Shown in pieces: positions 38,773 to 48,989 of a DNA stretch of 64,000 nt. Each line of letters opens with the position of its first letter. Position 1 is the stretch's first letter. The position numbers and the translations under genes are program-made. Under the pieces are notes generated by a model, which saw only the letters and a program-made list of their open reading frames with translations, did no database searches and was not told where the DNA came from. The DNA is from an uncultured Chloroflexia bacterium (lineage in GTDB: Bacteria > Chloroflexota > Limnocylindria > Limnocylindrales > CSP1-4): contig CAWHDR010000001.1 of NCBI GenBank assembly GCA_963828165.1, forward strand, positions 864,001 through 928,000. The letters run 5' to 3'.

Positions 38773-39303
38773 TCATTGCGCCGTGAGCGTGCCGACCATG
38801 TTCGGGTGGACCGTGCAGACGAACTGATAGCTGCCGGCCGGCAGCGTCGGGACGTCGTAGGTCCGCGTCGCGACCCCGGTAAAGACCTCGCCCCGGAAGA
38901 CGCTGGTCCCGCCCGCATCCTTGATCTCGACGTTGTGGGGAAGCGCCTCGTTGTTGGCGAACGCGATCTGGAAAGATCCGTCGGCAGGGACGCTGAGCTC
39001 GGTCGGGTCGAACGCGATGTTCTGGGCGGACAGCTGGACGACCGTGCCCGCGGCGGACGCACTGGGTCCGGGACTCCCGCTTGGGGCAGCGGAGGCGGGG
39101 GCGCTGGGCGCGGCCGATGCGGACGGCGCGGCCGATGCGGACGGCGCGACCGAGGCGGACGGCGCCACCGACGCGCTCGGGTCGGCCGAGGGCACGGGCG
39201 TCGCCGACGGGGCCGGCGCATACGTCCAGCCGGGCGTGGACGACGTGCATGCGGCGACCGCCAGGACGGTGAGGCCGGCGGCGAGCAACAGCTTCGATCG
39301 CAT
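38773..39303 (-). CDS. cupredoxin (type-1 copper) lipoprotein
   Basis: LAVAAC lipobox; SASxAP repeats; HN...YQFVCTVHPNMVG ligands. Confidence 0.88.
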   Translation of the reverse strand: MRSKLLLAAGLTVLAVAACTSSTPGWTYAPAPSATPVPSADPSASVAPSASVAPSASAAPSASAAPSAPASAAPSGSPGPSASAAGTVVQLSAQNIAFDPTELSVPADGSFQIAFANNEALPHNVEIKDAGGTSVFRGEVFTGVATRTYDVPTLPAGSYQFVCTVHPNMVGTLTAQ

Positions 39304-39679
39304 GAGCGGATGGGACCTCGAGATGGGCGGAGGGGGCCGCGGATGGACGTTCTGCGCGAATCTACCGCGTCCGCGCCGTCTCCACGTGTCGGGCCGACGA
39401 TGAGGTGGTGGCGCCGGCGTGTGCGGTGGAGTGGAGAAAGGGCCGCTCAGCGTCATGCACGAGACGCATCCGGCGGGAGGTACGAAGGTCCGGGTTGCAC
39501 CGGGACCATCGCACAGGATAGCCTCCGGGTCCCCTGCGGGGAATCGGACAGGGGTAAGGCACTCGCACAGCGGCCGGCCGCCGCTCGAACCAAAGCCCGC
39601 TGGAACCCGCGTTCCATGAGCACGGCCCCTGACATCGCTATTCGCTCACCGGACATTGCTGGTCGGTGACGTCCTCATT

Positions 39680-39714
39680 GAGACTCGGAGACCTCCCTCC
39701 GAGTCTCTTCTTTA
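39680..39714 (+). terminator. intrinsic terminator-like hairpin (T-tail on plus strand)
   Basis: GAGACTCGGAG-ACCTCC-CTCCGAGTCTC followed by TTCTTT. Confidence 0.65.
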
Positions 39715-39725
39715 TGTGGCATCCG

Positions 39726-42700
39726 TCAGTTCCGCTCCGTGAGCCCCAGGCGGATGGCGACGGTCGCGGCCTCCACCCGCCCGGAGACGCGGAGCTTCGA
39801 GAGGATCTTGCCGACGTGCACGCCCACGGTCTTCTCGCTGATGAACAGCCGCTCGCCGATCTCGCGATTGGTCCGCCCCCGGGCGATCTGCATCAGCACC
39901 TCGCGCTCGCGACCGCTCAGGCCGAACGTGTCGCGCTTGGCGGGCACCTCCGGGCTGCCGGCCACACCCAGCATGAGCGCGGAGGGCTCGGTGCCGTTCG
40001 TGGGTGCGGGAGCGACGCCGGGGCCGACGGCCACCGGCGCCCGATCGCGAGACCCGTCGTCCGGGCTCGCCCCCACCAGGTCGTCGACCTGCGGCGGCAG
40101 GACGATGAGGGCCCGGCCGGCGAGCTCACGAAGCTCCCGCACCAGCGGGACCGCACCCAGCCCGAGCGCGATGTCGACCGCGTCCAGCAACGGCTTGCGG
40201 GCATCGGCCCGACCGGCGCGTCCGGCGCCCGAGGCGAGCCGGGCTTCCGCCTCTCGCCACCGGGCACGGGCGATCTCGTACGGGATCTTGAGCGCGGCCC
40301 AGGCATCGCCCACCTCGCGCCAGGTCTCGGGATCGTCTCGTCCGTCGACCCGGCGGCGGTAGGCACGCGCGGTCGCCAGCCACGCGTCCGCGAGACGGCG
40401 TGATCCGAGCGACGGGTCGACGCCGTGGCGCCGAACGACGGCCTCGGCCGACTTGACGACATCGCGCGCGCGTTCACGGGCACCCGCCAGGGAGGCAAGG
40501 TCGCGCTTCTCGCGGGCCTCGACGGCCGAGGCGGCCTCGACCTCGATCGCCGTCGCCGCGGTTCGAGCGGCGAGGATCCAGTCCTCGGTCTCGCGCACGA
40601 GCGTCCAGCCTCGATCGGCGGCCCGCCGGGCGTCGGCCAGGTCGCCGCGCCAGAGGGCGAAGGAGGCGGCGGCCAGGTGCAGCGGGACGGCCTGCTGGGC
40701 ATCGCGCACGGCCTCGAGCTCCAGGAGCGTCTGGCCCAGCAGCCGTCCGGCCGACTCGCCAGCGGACAGCTCGATCTCGACGGTCGCGAGCGACACGAGC
40801 GTGTTGAGGAAGTTGACCCCGGCCGGTAGCCACTCGAGGGCGGTCATGCTCTGCGACCGGGCCTCCTCCCAGCGCCCGAGCAGGAACAGCGAATCTGCAG
40901 CGTTGCCGCGCAGAAAATTGCCGTAAACCGCCTCCAGCCCGGCCGAGCGAGCCGCGGCGATGCCCTCGAACGCCACGGCCACGGCCTCTTCGTGGCGGCC
41001 CGCGAGGTCCAGCACCGTGGTCAGGTTGGCGTAGACCCGGAACAGCTCGTCGAGATCCCCGAGGGTCTCGGCCATGCGCCGCGCATCGGTCAGCATCGCG
41101 ACCGCGGCGTCGGGGTCCGCCCGCCAGCCCAGCGACACCCCGAGGGTGGTAGTGGCGTGCAGCTCCCAGATCGCGGCCGGCGGCTCGCAGGCCCGGGCGA
41201 TGCGGATGGCGTCGCGAGCGAGCTTCTCGGCGACGGAGAACGTGCCCTCCAGCATCCGGAGCTGGGCCAGCCCGGCGACGACCGCCGCCCGCGCGATCGA
41301 CGGCGTCGTGGGGACCAGGTCTACCGCGCGCCGTCGAGCGGCGACCGCTCCCTCGGCGTCGCCGGACACCCGCCGGAACTGGCCGAGCCGGTCGTAGATC
41401 AGGCCGAGGCGCGTGCGATCCTGGCGGGCATCGGCCGCCCCGATGGTCGCATCGAGGTAGGCCGCTGCCCGGACCGGTCGGTCCGCGGCGAACGCGGCTT
41501 CGGCGGCGCGGATCGCGAGGTCGGTCGGTCGCTGGCCCTCAGCGGTCGCGCCCCGGGCCGCGGCGCCGCGGGAGGCTCGCGGTCGCCGGCCCGCCCCCGC
41601 CGTCCCCTGCGCGGAGATCGCCAGCTCGAGAGCGGCCAGTTCGTCGGCCGGTGAGTCGACGGCGCCGGCCAGATCCGCCGCCGCGATGGCGACCCGACCG
41701 GCCGCAGCCGCATCCAGCGCGATCCCGTAGTGGTGCATCGCCATGAACGGCTGGTGCTCGACGGCTTGAGCGAGGGCGGCATGGTGGCGGATGCGCGCCG
41801 ACGGCAGCAGGTCCGCCTCCACCGCCCGGCCGACCAGCTCGTGGCGCAGGAAGACGCCGTCCTCGGTCTCGATCGCGAACCCATGGGCCAGGGCCTCCTC
41901 GAGCCCGGCGGCGAGATCCGCGTCGAGGACCCCGTCGCCGTGCCGTGGCCCGCTCGACGAACGCGGCGGTCCACTGGTGGCATCCGCCTCGAACGCCTCC
42001 GCGACCGCGGCCACCGTGGCCCGCGACAGCGGGCGACCGGCGGGGGCCAGCAGGCGAAGCACGCGCCGGGTCTCGATGGAGCGGACGGCCATCCGGGCCA
42101 GCACCAGGTCCTCGAACGTGGACGTCAGGGAGACCGTCGGCAGCTCGCGCCGGGCGGCCAGGAGCTCCTCGGCCACGAGCGGGCGACCGCCGGACCGTTC
42201 CACGACCACGACCAGGACGCTGGCCGATGGCGGCTCCCCCTCGATGGCCTCGATGAGGCGCGCCAGGTCGTCCCGGCCGAGCGGCCCGAGGGTCAGGCGG
42301 TTCGGCTGGCGCGGGGCCCCCTCGAGGGACCGCAGGTCAATGGCCCACGGGTCGTCACGGCGGATCGCATCGGCCTGGTAGGTGCCGACGATCGCCAGGC
42401 GCTGGGCGCGGGCGATCCGGGCGAGGAACGTGGCGAGCGTGCGGGTCCCCGCGTCCGCGCGATGCAGGTCTTCGATCACCAGCAGGATCGGGCGCCGCTC
42501 TCCCAGACGTCCAAGGACACCCAGGATCCCCTCGAGCAGACGGGCCTGGCGGCGCTCGGGCACCGTCGTCAGGCGCTGACTTCCATCGTCGCGGGAGCCC
42601 AGGCGCGCGTCGAGCTCGGGCATGAGCCGGAGGAGCTCGTCGGTCGCGCTGCCCATGATCCAGGACAGTTCGGCATCCGGGAGGGATGCGAGCTCCGGGC

Positions 42701-42959
42701 GCAGCGCTCGGACCAGGGGCGCATACGGCTCATCGGTGGATGCACCGAAGGCGCACCCGCGAAGCACCGTCATGGGCTCCTCGAGCGCCGCGACCCGGCG
42801 GATCGACTCGTCGATGAACCTCGTCGTGCCGACGCCGGACGTGCCGTCGATCAGCAGCGTCCCGGCGTCGCCGGCACTCGCCGATTGAAGGACGGAGGCG
42901 AGCCTGGCGAACGCGTCCTCCCGCCCCACGAACCGAGCGCTCGTGAAGGTCACCGGCAT
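39726..42959 (-). CDS. large LuxR-family regulator with N-terminal AAA/STAND domain (LAL/MalT-like)
   Basis: FVGRE, GTSGVGTT, IEDLHRAD, GGRPL, helical repeats, LSGREREVL..TNREIG..HVGKILSKL. Confidence 0.92.
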   Translation of the reverse strand: MPVTFTSARFVGREDAFARLASVLQSASAGDAGTLLIDGTSGVGTTRFIDESIRRVAALEEPMTVLRGCAFGASTDEPYAPLVRALRPELASLPDAELSWIMGSATDELLRLMPELDARLGSRDDGSQRLTTVPERRQARLLEGILGVLGRLGERRPILLVIEDLHRADAGTRTLATFLARIARAQRLAIVGTYQADAIRRDDPWAIDLRSLEGAPRQPNRLTLGPLGRDDLARLIEAIEGEPPSASVLVVVVERSGGRPLVAEELLAARRELPTVSLTSTFEDLVLARMAVRSIETRRVLRLLAPAGRPLSRATVAAVAEAFEADATSGPPRSSSGPRHGDGVLDADLAAGLEEALAHGFAIETEDGVFLRHELVGRAVEADLLPSARIRHHAALAQAVEHQPFMAMHHYGIALDAAAAGRVAIAAADLAGAVDSPADELAALELAISAQGTAGAGRRPRASRGAAARGATAEGQRPTDLAIRAAEAAFAADRPVRAAAYLDATIGAADARQDRTRLGLIYDRLGQFRRVSGDAEGAVAARRRAVDLVPTTPSIARAAVVAGLAQLRMLEGTFSVAEKLARDAIRIARACEPPAAIWELHATTTLGVSLGWRADPDAAVAMLTDARRMAETLGDLDELFRVYANLTTVLDLAGRHEEAVAVAFEGIAAARSAGLEAVYGNFLRGNAADSLFLLGRWEEARSQSMTALEWLPAGVNFLNTLVSLATVEIELSAGESAGRLLGQTLLELEAVRDAQQAVPLHLAAASFALWRGDLADARRAADRGWTLVRETEDWILAARTAATAIEVEAASAVEAREKRDLASLAGARERARDVVKSAEAVVRRHGVDPSLGSRRLADAWLATARAYRRRVDGRDDPETWREVGDAWAALKIPYEIARARWREAEARLASGAGRAGRADARKPLLDAVDIALGLGAVPLVRELRELAGRALIVLPPQVDDLVGASPDDGSRDRAPVAVGPGVAPAPTNGTEPSALMLGVAGSPEVPAKRDTFGLSGREREVLMQIARGRTNREIGERLFISEKTVGVHVGKILSKLRVSGRVEAATVAIRLGLTERN

Positions 42960-43064
42960 TTCGGCATTCTAGTCGGCGGCGTAAGCCGTCTAGACAGCGG
43001 CTCAGCAGGCGGACTCCGCGGCCTGCGCCGCGTTCGTACGGGCCGCTCGGCTACGCTGCACCGC

Positions 43065-44009
43065 GTGACCGACGGCCGCCGAGCCCCGCACCCCGCCAAC
43101 GAGCTCAACGAGCTGCCCGGGGAGGAATGGCTCTACTTCACGAAGTCGGTCATGACCACGGCCTACCCGTCCGAGCTCGGGCACGCTGCACGCAAGGCGC
43201 ACGGAGCGAACAAGCCGCCGCGCCTGATGGCCCGCCTCATCGAGTTCTTCACTCGAACCGGTGAGCTCGTGCTCGACCCATTCGCCGGGGTCGGCGGGAC
43301 GCTACTGGGCGCGGGCATCGCGCGGGGCCCGCGACGCGCCCTCGGCATCGAGCTCGATCCGCGCTGGGCCGACGTCTATGGCCGGGTGGTGGCCGATCTC
43401 GCGGCGGAGCGCGACGGAAGCGGCCCGCTCATCGCAGACCTCGGCACGGCCGATCCGGGCGGCGTCCGAACCTTCGACCCCGGTGGTCTCGAGCTTCGGG
43501 TGGGCGATGCGCTGGCCATGCTCCCGGAGCTGGAGGACGCCTCGGTCGATCTCGTGGCGACCGACCCGCCGTACAACATCCAGCTGCCGCTCACGATGGC
43601 GGGTGGGCGGCTGGCGGAGACGCACGCAAACCGGCGGACCGACTACGCGATGATCAGCGACGCACCGGCAGATCTCGCCAATGCGCCCGACTACGCCACC
43701 TACCTGGACCGGATGGAGTCCGTGTTCGCGGAGCTCGCCCGGGTGCTACGGCCGGGTCGGTACGCGGTCGTCATCGTCCGCGATGCCTACCAGGACGGGC
43801 GCTATCAGTTCGTCGGGTCGGATCTGGCGGCGAGAGCGGATGCGGCCGGGCTCGTGCCCAAGGGTGACCTCATCTGGCACCAGGCCGGAACGCGGCTGCG
43901 ACCGTACGGGTATCCGCGGGCGTTCGTCCCGAACATCGCCCACCAGCACATCCTCGTGCTCCGGCGAGAACCGGGAAGCGGTCAGGCGCGGCGGCGACTC
44001 TCGAGATAG
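43065..44009 (+). CDS. orphan N6-A/N4-C amino-methyltransferase
   Basis: [20 protein letters not shown]. Confidence 0.85.
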   Translation: MTDGRRAPHPANELNELPGEEWLYFTKSVMTTAYPSELGHAARKAHGANKPPRLMARLIEFFTRTGELVLDPFAGVGGTLLGAGIARGPRRALGIELDPRWADVYGRVVADLAAERDGSGPLIADLGTADPGGVRTFDPGGLELRVGDALAMLPELEDASVDLVATDPPYNIQLPLTMAGGRLAETHANRRTDYAMISDAPADLANAPDYATYLDRMESVFAELARVLRPGRYAVVIVRDAYQDGRYQFVGSDLAARADAAGLVPKGDLIWHQAGTRLRPYGYPRAFVPNIAHQHILVLRREPGSGQARRRLSR

Positions 44010-45628
44010 GCGGTCAGGACATCGCCGTCGACGTCGTCGCCCATCGTCCAGGTCTCGGCGGCGATCGGCATGGTGGCGGTGGGCGAGCTCTGCTGGAGCG
44101 GTTCGCCGACGACCTCGCCAAGCGTCATCTTGTGGATCCAGCCCTGGCGCCCGTCCGGGCACAGCACGAGCCAGTAGACGCCGTGCTTCTCGAGCAGCTG
44201 GACCTCGTCGCCCTGGTCCAGGAAGCCGATCTCGGCGCCGCGCAGCTCGTCGGGCGAGTCGAGCAGTCGGACGACGTTGTAGCCGATCAGGCGACGCTCG
44301 CGTCCATCGAGCGCCCCGACGAGGCCATGGTCGAAGGTCAATCGCGGTGCGGGAGCCGATTGATCTCGCACCGGGTCGGCGCGGCGCGCTTCGAGCAGGG
44401 ACGGGCGGCGCCAGCGGGGCAACGCCAGCTCAGGATCGAGCAGGAGGGCGGCGGCGGCCGCATCGGGCGACGGCTCATCTGCGAAGCCATAGGGGTTGGT
44501 GACGACGACGCCACTGGCCGCGGCCGCGGCAAGGACGTCATCTGGACCGGGGGCCTCGCCCTCACGACGACGCTTGCCGAACACGCCGAAGGCCATCGCG
44601 GTCGTCACAATGCCGGTCGTCGTCACGAGGGTCGCGACGAGGCCGAGCGGCAGGACCGGCCGCGCGCCCTCGAGCGCTGACATCGCGGAGGCGATCGCGG
44701 CGAACGGACCCGGGTCGGTGGCGCCCGCGGAGGTCGTTCCGCCACCTCCGCCCCGGCTGTCCGGGTGTCCGCCCGTTCCGTCGGTGCCGTCACCCGGCGC
44801 ACCGGCGGCGGGCACGAAGGCGATGCCGCCGTCACTCGGGGCGGCGGATGGTCCTGGATCGGCGCTCGCGGCCGGAGTCGCACTTGACCCCGGCACGGGC
44901 TCGGTCGGGGAGTCGGTCGGCGCGATCGTGACGCCGGTCGGCGCGGCCGTCGGTGTCGGGGTGGGTCGCGCGGTGGACACGGGTTCGGGCGTCGGCGTGG
45001 CGGGCCTGGGCGTCGCGGCCGGGGGCGCGGTGGGGGGGACGGTGGCCCTCGGGGCCGCAGTCGGCCGCGGCGTAGGTTTGGGGGTGGGCTTCGGCGTTGG
45101 CTTGGGGGTGGGCTTCGGCGTTGGCTTGGGGGTTGGTTTCGGGGTCGGCTTCGGGGTCGGCTTGGGTGTCGGCGCCGGCGTCGGGGGCACGGTGATCGTC
45201 ACGGACCCGCCGGCCAGGGTGTCGTCGAACCGGTCGCGGCCCATCGAGAGGAACGTCACGGTGTGGGTTCCCGCCGGCAGCTTGCCGGACCAGGTGAAGG
45301 ACACGCCTCGTTTCCAGTCGCTGCCGCCGGCGCTCATGGCGTGCGTGGCTCCGGCGACCCTGACGCGGACCCAGTCGGCGGGCGATCCCTCGCGGTTTCG
45401 GTAGGTGACCGCGAAGGCGATCGTGGTCTGCGTCATCCCTGCGCGCGGTGACACGGACGGATCAGATAGTCGCGTCGGAGCGGCTGATGCCGGCGCCACC
45501 AGGGCGAGGAGCAGGGCGAGCGCCACGACCCATGCCCCAAGCGTGGCGCGCGCGCCCCCACGGAGAGAGGCGACGAGCCCGGGTCGCGTGCGCGCGGGGA
45601 TAACCTGGGAGGGGTTCGATCGGAGCAT
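43982..45628 (-). CDS. secreted/membrane protein with Pro-Thr stalk and C-terminal SH3-like domain
   Basis: Signal peptide, Ig-like domain, PKPT repeats, TM followed by KRRR, then [16 protein letters not shown]. Confidence 0.75.
   Translation of the reverse strand: MLRSNPSQVIPARTRPGLVASLRGGARATLGAWVVALALLLALVAPASAAPTRLSDPSVSPRAGMTQTTIAFAVTYRNREGSPADWVRVRVAGATHAMSAGGSDWKRGVSFTWSGKLPAGTHTVTFLSMGRDRFDDTLAGGSVTITVPPTPAPTPKPTPKPTPKPTPKPTPKPTPKPTPKPTPKPTPRPTAAPRATVPPTAPPAATPRPATPTPEPVSTARPTPTPTAAPTGVTIAPTDSPTEPVPGSSATPAASADPGPSAAPSDGGIAFVPAAGAPGDGTDGTGGHPDSRGGGGGTTSAGATDPGPFAAIASAMSALEGARPVLPLGLVATLVTTTGIVTTAMAFGVFGKRRREGEAPGPDDVLAAAAASGVVVTNPYGFADEPSPDAAAAALLLDPELALPRWRRPSLLEARRADPVRDQSAPAPRLTFDHGLVGALDGRERRLIGYNVVRLLDSPDELRGAEIGFLDQGDEVQLLEKHGVYWLVLCPDGRQGWIHKMTLGEVVGEPLQQSSPTATMPIAAETWTMGDDVDGDVLTAYLESRRRA
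45071..45166 (-). repeat. 12-bp degenerate tandem repeat (PKPT x8)
   Basis: Eight in-frame PKPT units with synonymous variation. Confidence 0.9.
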
Positions 45629-45828
45629 CCTGATCGGGAGGATGGGGCCGCTCCGGGGGGCGGGCAATGGTACGGGGGTCCGGTGCGACCCAGCCGACAT
45701 GCCGCATGCTCCCGCCACCCGCTGGGCGGTGCGGTGGACTCCGGTGTGGCGGATGGTCCAACCGGCCGAGCCGGTTACCCCCGTTCGGTCATTGAGCCCG
45801 TGGGCGCGCGCGATGGAGGATGGCCGCC

Positions 45829-46578
45829 ATGGATGTCATCTCCCGATCCCGCCCGCTGACACGGGCGACGCTCGTCCCGATGATGAGCGGCACGGTGCTT
45901 GGCGCCCTGTTCATCGTCGGCGGCCTCGCCCTCGCCTATGTCGCCTTCGCGACACCCTTCCTCGGCCTGGCGCTGCCATCGGGTCGGCCTGACCCCATCC
46001 AGATCGCGTTCGGCATCACCACCTGGGCTGTGGCGCTGGTCGCGCCCGCTGGGTTCGTCCTGGCCGGCGCCAATCGCCTCGCCCGCAATCTCGCCTCCGC
46101 CCGCGGCCGCACACCGCGCCGGTCGGTCGCGCTGAAGGAGCTCGAGAGCCTGCCCGACGACTTCACCGTGGCCAGCGGGCTGACCCTGGCCGACGGACGC
46201 GGCGTGTCCGAGCTGGTGATCGGCCCGTTCGGTGCTGCCGTGATCCGCGAGCTGCCGCCGTCCGCTGTCACGCGGGTCCAGGGCGACAGCTGGCAGGTCC
46301 GTGGGGCGCGAGGGTGGATCTCGCTCGAGAACCCGCTGGAGCGGGCCACGAGGGATGCTGAACGCGTCCGCCACTGGCTGACCGAAGACGACGACTACCT
46401 CGTGAAGGTGTACGCAGCGGTGGTCGGGCCAGACTCGTCGGTCGCGCGAACCTCGGCCTGTGCGGTCCTCACCCCGGACCAGCTGGCTTCCTGGATCACC
46501 GCGCTGCCGGCGCAACGGGGCCTCACCCCGGGGCGCCACAGCCGCGTTCTTGACCTGGTCCGCGCCGCCGCGCCTTGA
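45829..46578 (+). CDS. membrane protein with degenerate NERD-like domain
   Basis: Two TMs, then [23 protein letters not shown]. Confidence 0.6.
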   Translation: MDVISRSRPLTRATLVPMMSGTVLGALFIVGGLALAYVAFATPFLGLALPSGRPDPIQIAFGITTWAVALVAPAGFVLAGANRLARNLASARGRTPRRSVALKELESLPDDFTVASGLTLADGRGVSELVIGPFGAAVIRELPPSAVTRVQGDSWQVRGARGWISLENPLERATRDAERVRHWLTEDDDYLVKVYAAVVGPDSSVARTSACAVLTPDQLASWITALPAQRGLTPGRHSRVLDLVRAAAP

Positions 46579-46673
46579 CTGGCTGATCCGCGGATCCCGA
46601 CCCGCGTCGCTGCGCGTAGATCGTCGCGCCACTCCCCCCAGCGATGGCGCGAGGCATAGACTTACGGACCGAT

Positions 46674-46751
46674 GGGGGAGTAGCCCAGTTGGTTAGAGGC
46701 GCCGAGCTTATACCTCGGAAGTCGGTGGTTCGAGTCCACCCTCCCCTACCA
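46674..46751 (+). tRNA. tRNA-Ile (anticodon TAT)
   Basis: Acceptor GGGGGAG/CTCCCCT, A73, CCA; anticodon arm CCGAG-CTTATAC-CTCGG; T arm GGTGG-TTCGAGT-CCACC; TAGACT -10 element upstream. Confidence 0.9.
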
Positions 46752-46831
46752 AGGAACCCTCGGACATGCGCGCACGTTCCCCGCCTGGACCGTGTGGGTT
46801 GCGCCCTACCTGGGGCGCTCGGACCGCCGCG

Positions 46832-47143
46832 TCAGTCGCCGTTGAGCAGCTTCCCCGCGATGGATTTCAGGTTGAGCGCGCGCGGCCGGAGGCCAGGTGG
46901 CGGGGCGTCGCCGTCGTGCCCGGGGGCACCGTCGCGACCCTCGACGATGGCGCCGCCGGGTGCCCAGGCTCGGGCCGGCAGGGTCGACGCGAAGTCCCGC
47001 TCATCGTCGGTCATGAAGGCGTCGATCGGCAGGTCGTCCGGATCGAACGGCCGGGCCACCGTGGCGACCGGGCCGGGCGGCCGCGCATAGGCCGGGGCTC
47101 CGTAGAGCTTGGGCAACGCGACGTGTTGCTCATCGATGGACAA
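46832..47143 (-). CDS. hypothetical protein
   Basis: ORF with ALPKLYGAPAYARPP..PFDPDDLP. Confidence 0.6.
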   Translation of the reverse strand: MSIDEQHVALPKLYGAPAYARPPGPVATVARPFDPDDLPIDAFMTDDERDFASTLPARAWAPGGAIVEGRDGAPGHDGDAPPPGLRPRALNLKSIAGKLLNGD

Positions 47144-47310
47144 CGCAGGGATCCTCGAACCGTGTTCGCTGGCGACCGGATACCCGGCACCAACTCGGAT
47201 GATAGCCAGCGGAGAGTACCGCGGAATGGTACGAATGGCCCAGATTCGTCACGCGGACATTTCGCAAGTGGTGCGTCTACGCCACACCTGCGGACGGTCG
47301 GTCTTCGGCC

Positions 47311-47736
47311 TCAACCGAGCAGCGGCCGGACGATCTGGATCGCCGCCACCATGACGAGCCAGGCGATCGGCACGGCGGCGAAGAAGCCCAGGGCCGCGCT
47401 CCAGGCGCTCCGGCGGCGGATCGTGCCAGAACCGGTCGGCTGCGGCACGACGAGGTACGTGACCACGGAACCCACCAGCAGGACCAGGACGGCGTAGCCC
47501 GCCAGCGCGAGCACACGGAGATCGCCGCCCGGGAGGACGGCACCTCGGCTGAGCGCGACGTCGTACACCACGTACAAGGCCGCGAACCCGCTGGCCACGA
47601 TCAGGCTCGAGAGCACCGCCCGAACGACTGGCCGGGGGGCGCGGCGGAACTGTCGCCAGCGCACCTCGGCCCACGAGCGCTGTCGGATGGCGACGGGAGG
47701 TTCAGGCCGGCCAGCGGCACCCGATGGCGTCGTCAT
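47311..47736 (-). CDS. hypothetical membrane protein (3 TM)
   Basis: ATGA overlap with upstream aminotransferase; hydrophobic helices. Confidence 0.7.
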   Translation of the reverse strand: MTTPSGAAGRPEPPVAIRQRSWAEVRWRQFRRAPRPVVRAVLSSLIVASGFAALYVVYDVALSRGAVLPGGDLRVLALAGYAVLVLLVGSVVTYLVVPQPTGSGTIRRRSAWSAALGFFAAVPIAWLVMVAAIQIVRPLLG

Positions 47737-48971
47737 CCTTCGCCCAGGATCGTCAACCGCCGTCGCGGGGGCAACGTCGTCGGCGTGTGGGCGGCCACGA
47801 GCGTGACCGCCTCGATGAATCGCTCGAGCTCCACCTCCGACGTGAAGAACCCGACGCTGATTCGCAGGGCGTCGAGGTGCGGCACGGTGCGCGCGACGGC
47901 GAAGACCCGGGCACCGAGCTCATCGAGCGCCGCCTCCGCAGGCCAGCCGACGATCCGGAACGTGACGAGGTTTGCCATGTGGTCACGCGGCGTCACGAGC
48001 TCGACCCCGGGGACGGCGGCCAACCGGTCGGCCGCGAGCCGGGCCATGGCGGCGCCGCGCTCGTAGATCCAATCGAGCCCGACGAACATGCTCAGCCACC
48101 CGATCGAACGCGCCATCCCGACGATCGACGGCCGATGGAAGTTCGAGGACTCGAAGCGTCGCGCGTCCCGCCAGCCCACAGCCGCGCCCGCAGGGTCGAC
48201 GGTCTCGAAGGAGAAGAACCCCCCGAACGAGGGCAGCAGGCGATCGCGCACCCCGGGCGCGACGGCAATGGCACCCATCCCCTCCGGGCCGAGCAGCCAT
48301 TTCTGCGCCGACACCGCATAGACGTCGGCGCCGGTTGCCGCCAGCTCGACCGGGATGGCGCCGGCGCCCTGGGCCCCGTCCACGATCAAGAGCGCTCCGC
48401 GCGCATGGGCGATCTCGGCGATGCCGGCGATGGGCACGACCGCGCCGGTCGCCCACAGGACATGCGAGACGGCCACGAGCCTCGTTCGCTCGTCGATCGC
48501 CGCGTCGAACGCGGTCAGCATCGCTTCCTGACTGGCCGCGGCGCCGATATCCACGTACGCGATCTCGATCCCGAATCGTTCGCGCAGGTTGTGGAGGGCA
48601 CCCGTGCCGCCAGGATGCTCGAGTCCGGTCGTGACCGCGCGATCGCCAGCCTTCCAGTCGATCGACCACGCGCCGATGTTCATGCCGTCCGTGGCCGAGT
48701 GGGTCAGGGCGATATCGGCCGCATCGGCGACGAGCACCGCGGCGACCGCAGCGCGGGCTTCGGCCATCCGCTGGAGTGTGTCGAGCCAGTAATCGGGGTG
48801 GGCGCGACCCGTCGTGAGCTCGTACGTCGCGATCTCATTCATCGCGGCAGCCGTCTCGGCGGGAATCGGACCCACGGAACCCGTGTTCAGGTAGATGCCG
48901 GCCTCGAGGGCGGGGAGGGCCGCCCGGACCGCGGCCAGGCGGTCCGCATCAGGCGGGAACGGGGCGACCAC
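47733..48971 (-). CDS. class V PLP-dependent aminotransferase (C-S lyase/IPNE/EgtE-like)
   Basis: YLNTGSVGP, EHP, SHV..G, DGAQ, SAQKWLLGPEG, LRIS. Confidence 0.9.
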   Translation of the reverse strand: MVAPFPPDADRLAAVRAALPALEAGIYLNTGSVGPIPAETAAAMNEIATYELTTGRAHPDYWLDTLQRMAEARAAVAAVLVADAADIALTHSATDGMNIGAWSIDWKAGDRAVTTGLEHPGGTGALHNLRERFGIEIAYVDIGAAASQEAMLTAFDAAIDERTRLVAVSHVLWATGAVVPIAGIAEIAHARGALLIVDGAQGAGAIPVELAATGADVYAVSAQKWLLGPEGMGAIAVAPGVRDRLLPSFGGFFSFETVDPAGAAVGWRDARRFESSNFHRPSIVGMARSIGWLSMFVGLDWIYERGAAMARLAADRLAAVPGVELVTPRDHMANLVTFRIVGWPAEAALDELGARVFAVARTVPHLDALRISVGFFTSEVELERFIEAVTLVAAHTPTTLPPRRRLTILGEG

Positions 48972-48989
48972 GGCCGTATGATACCGACG

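Noticed and set aside
41730-43064. N-terminal extension of the methyltransferase ORF
   Set aside because: Antisense to the LuxR gene; the likely start is GTG 43065 after TACGCT
45071-45166. Tandem repeat as a non-coding array or contingency locus
   Set aside because: In-frame synonymous variation shows a Pro-rich protein linker; the same applies to SASxAP near 39100-39175 and TPA near 37950-37985
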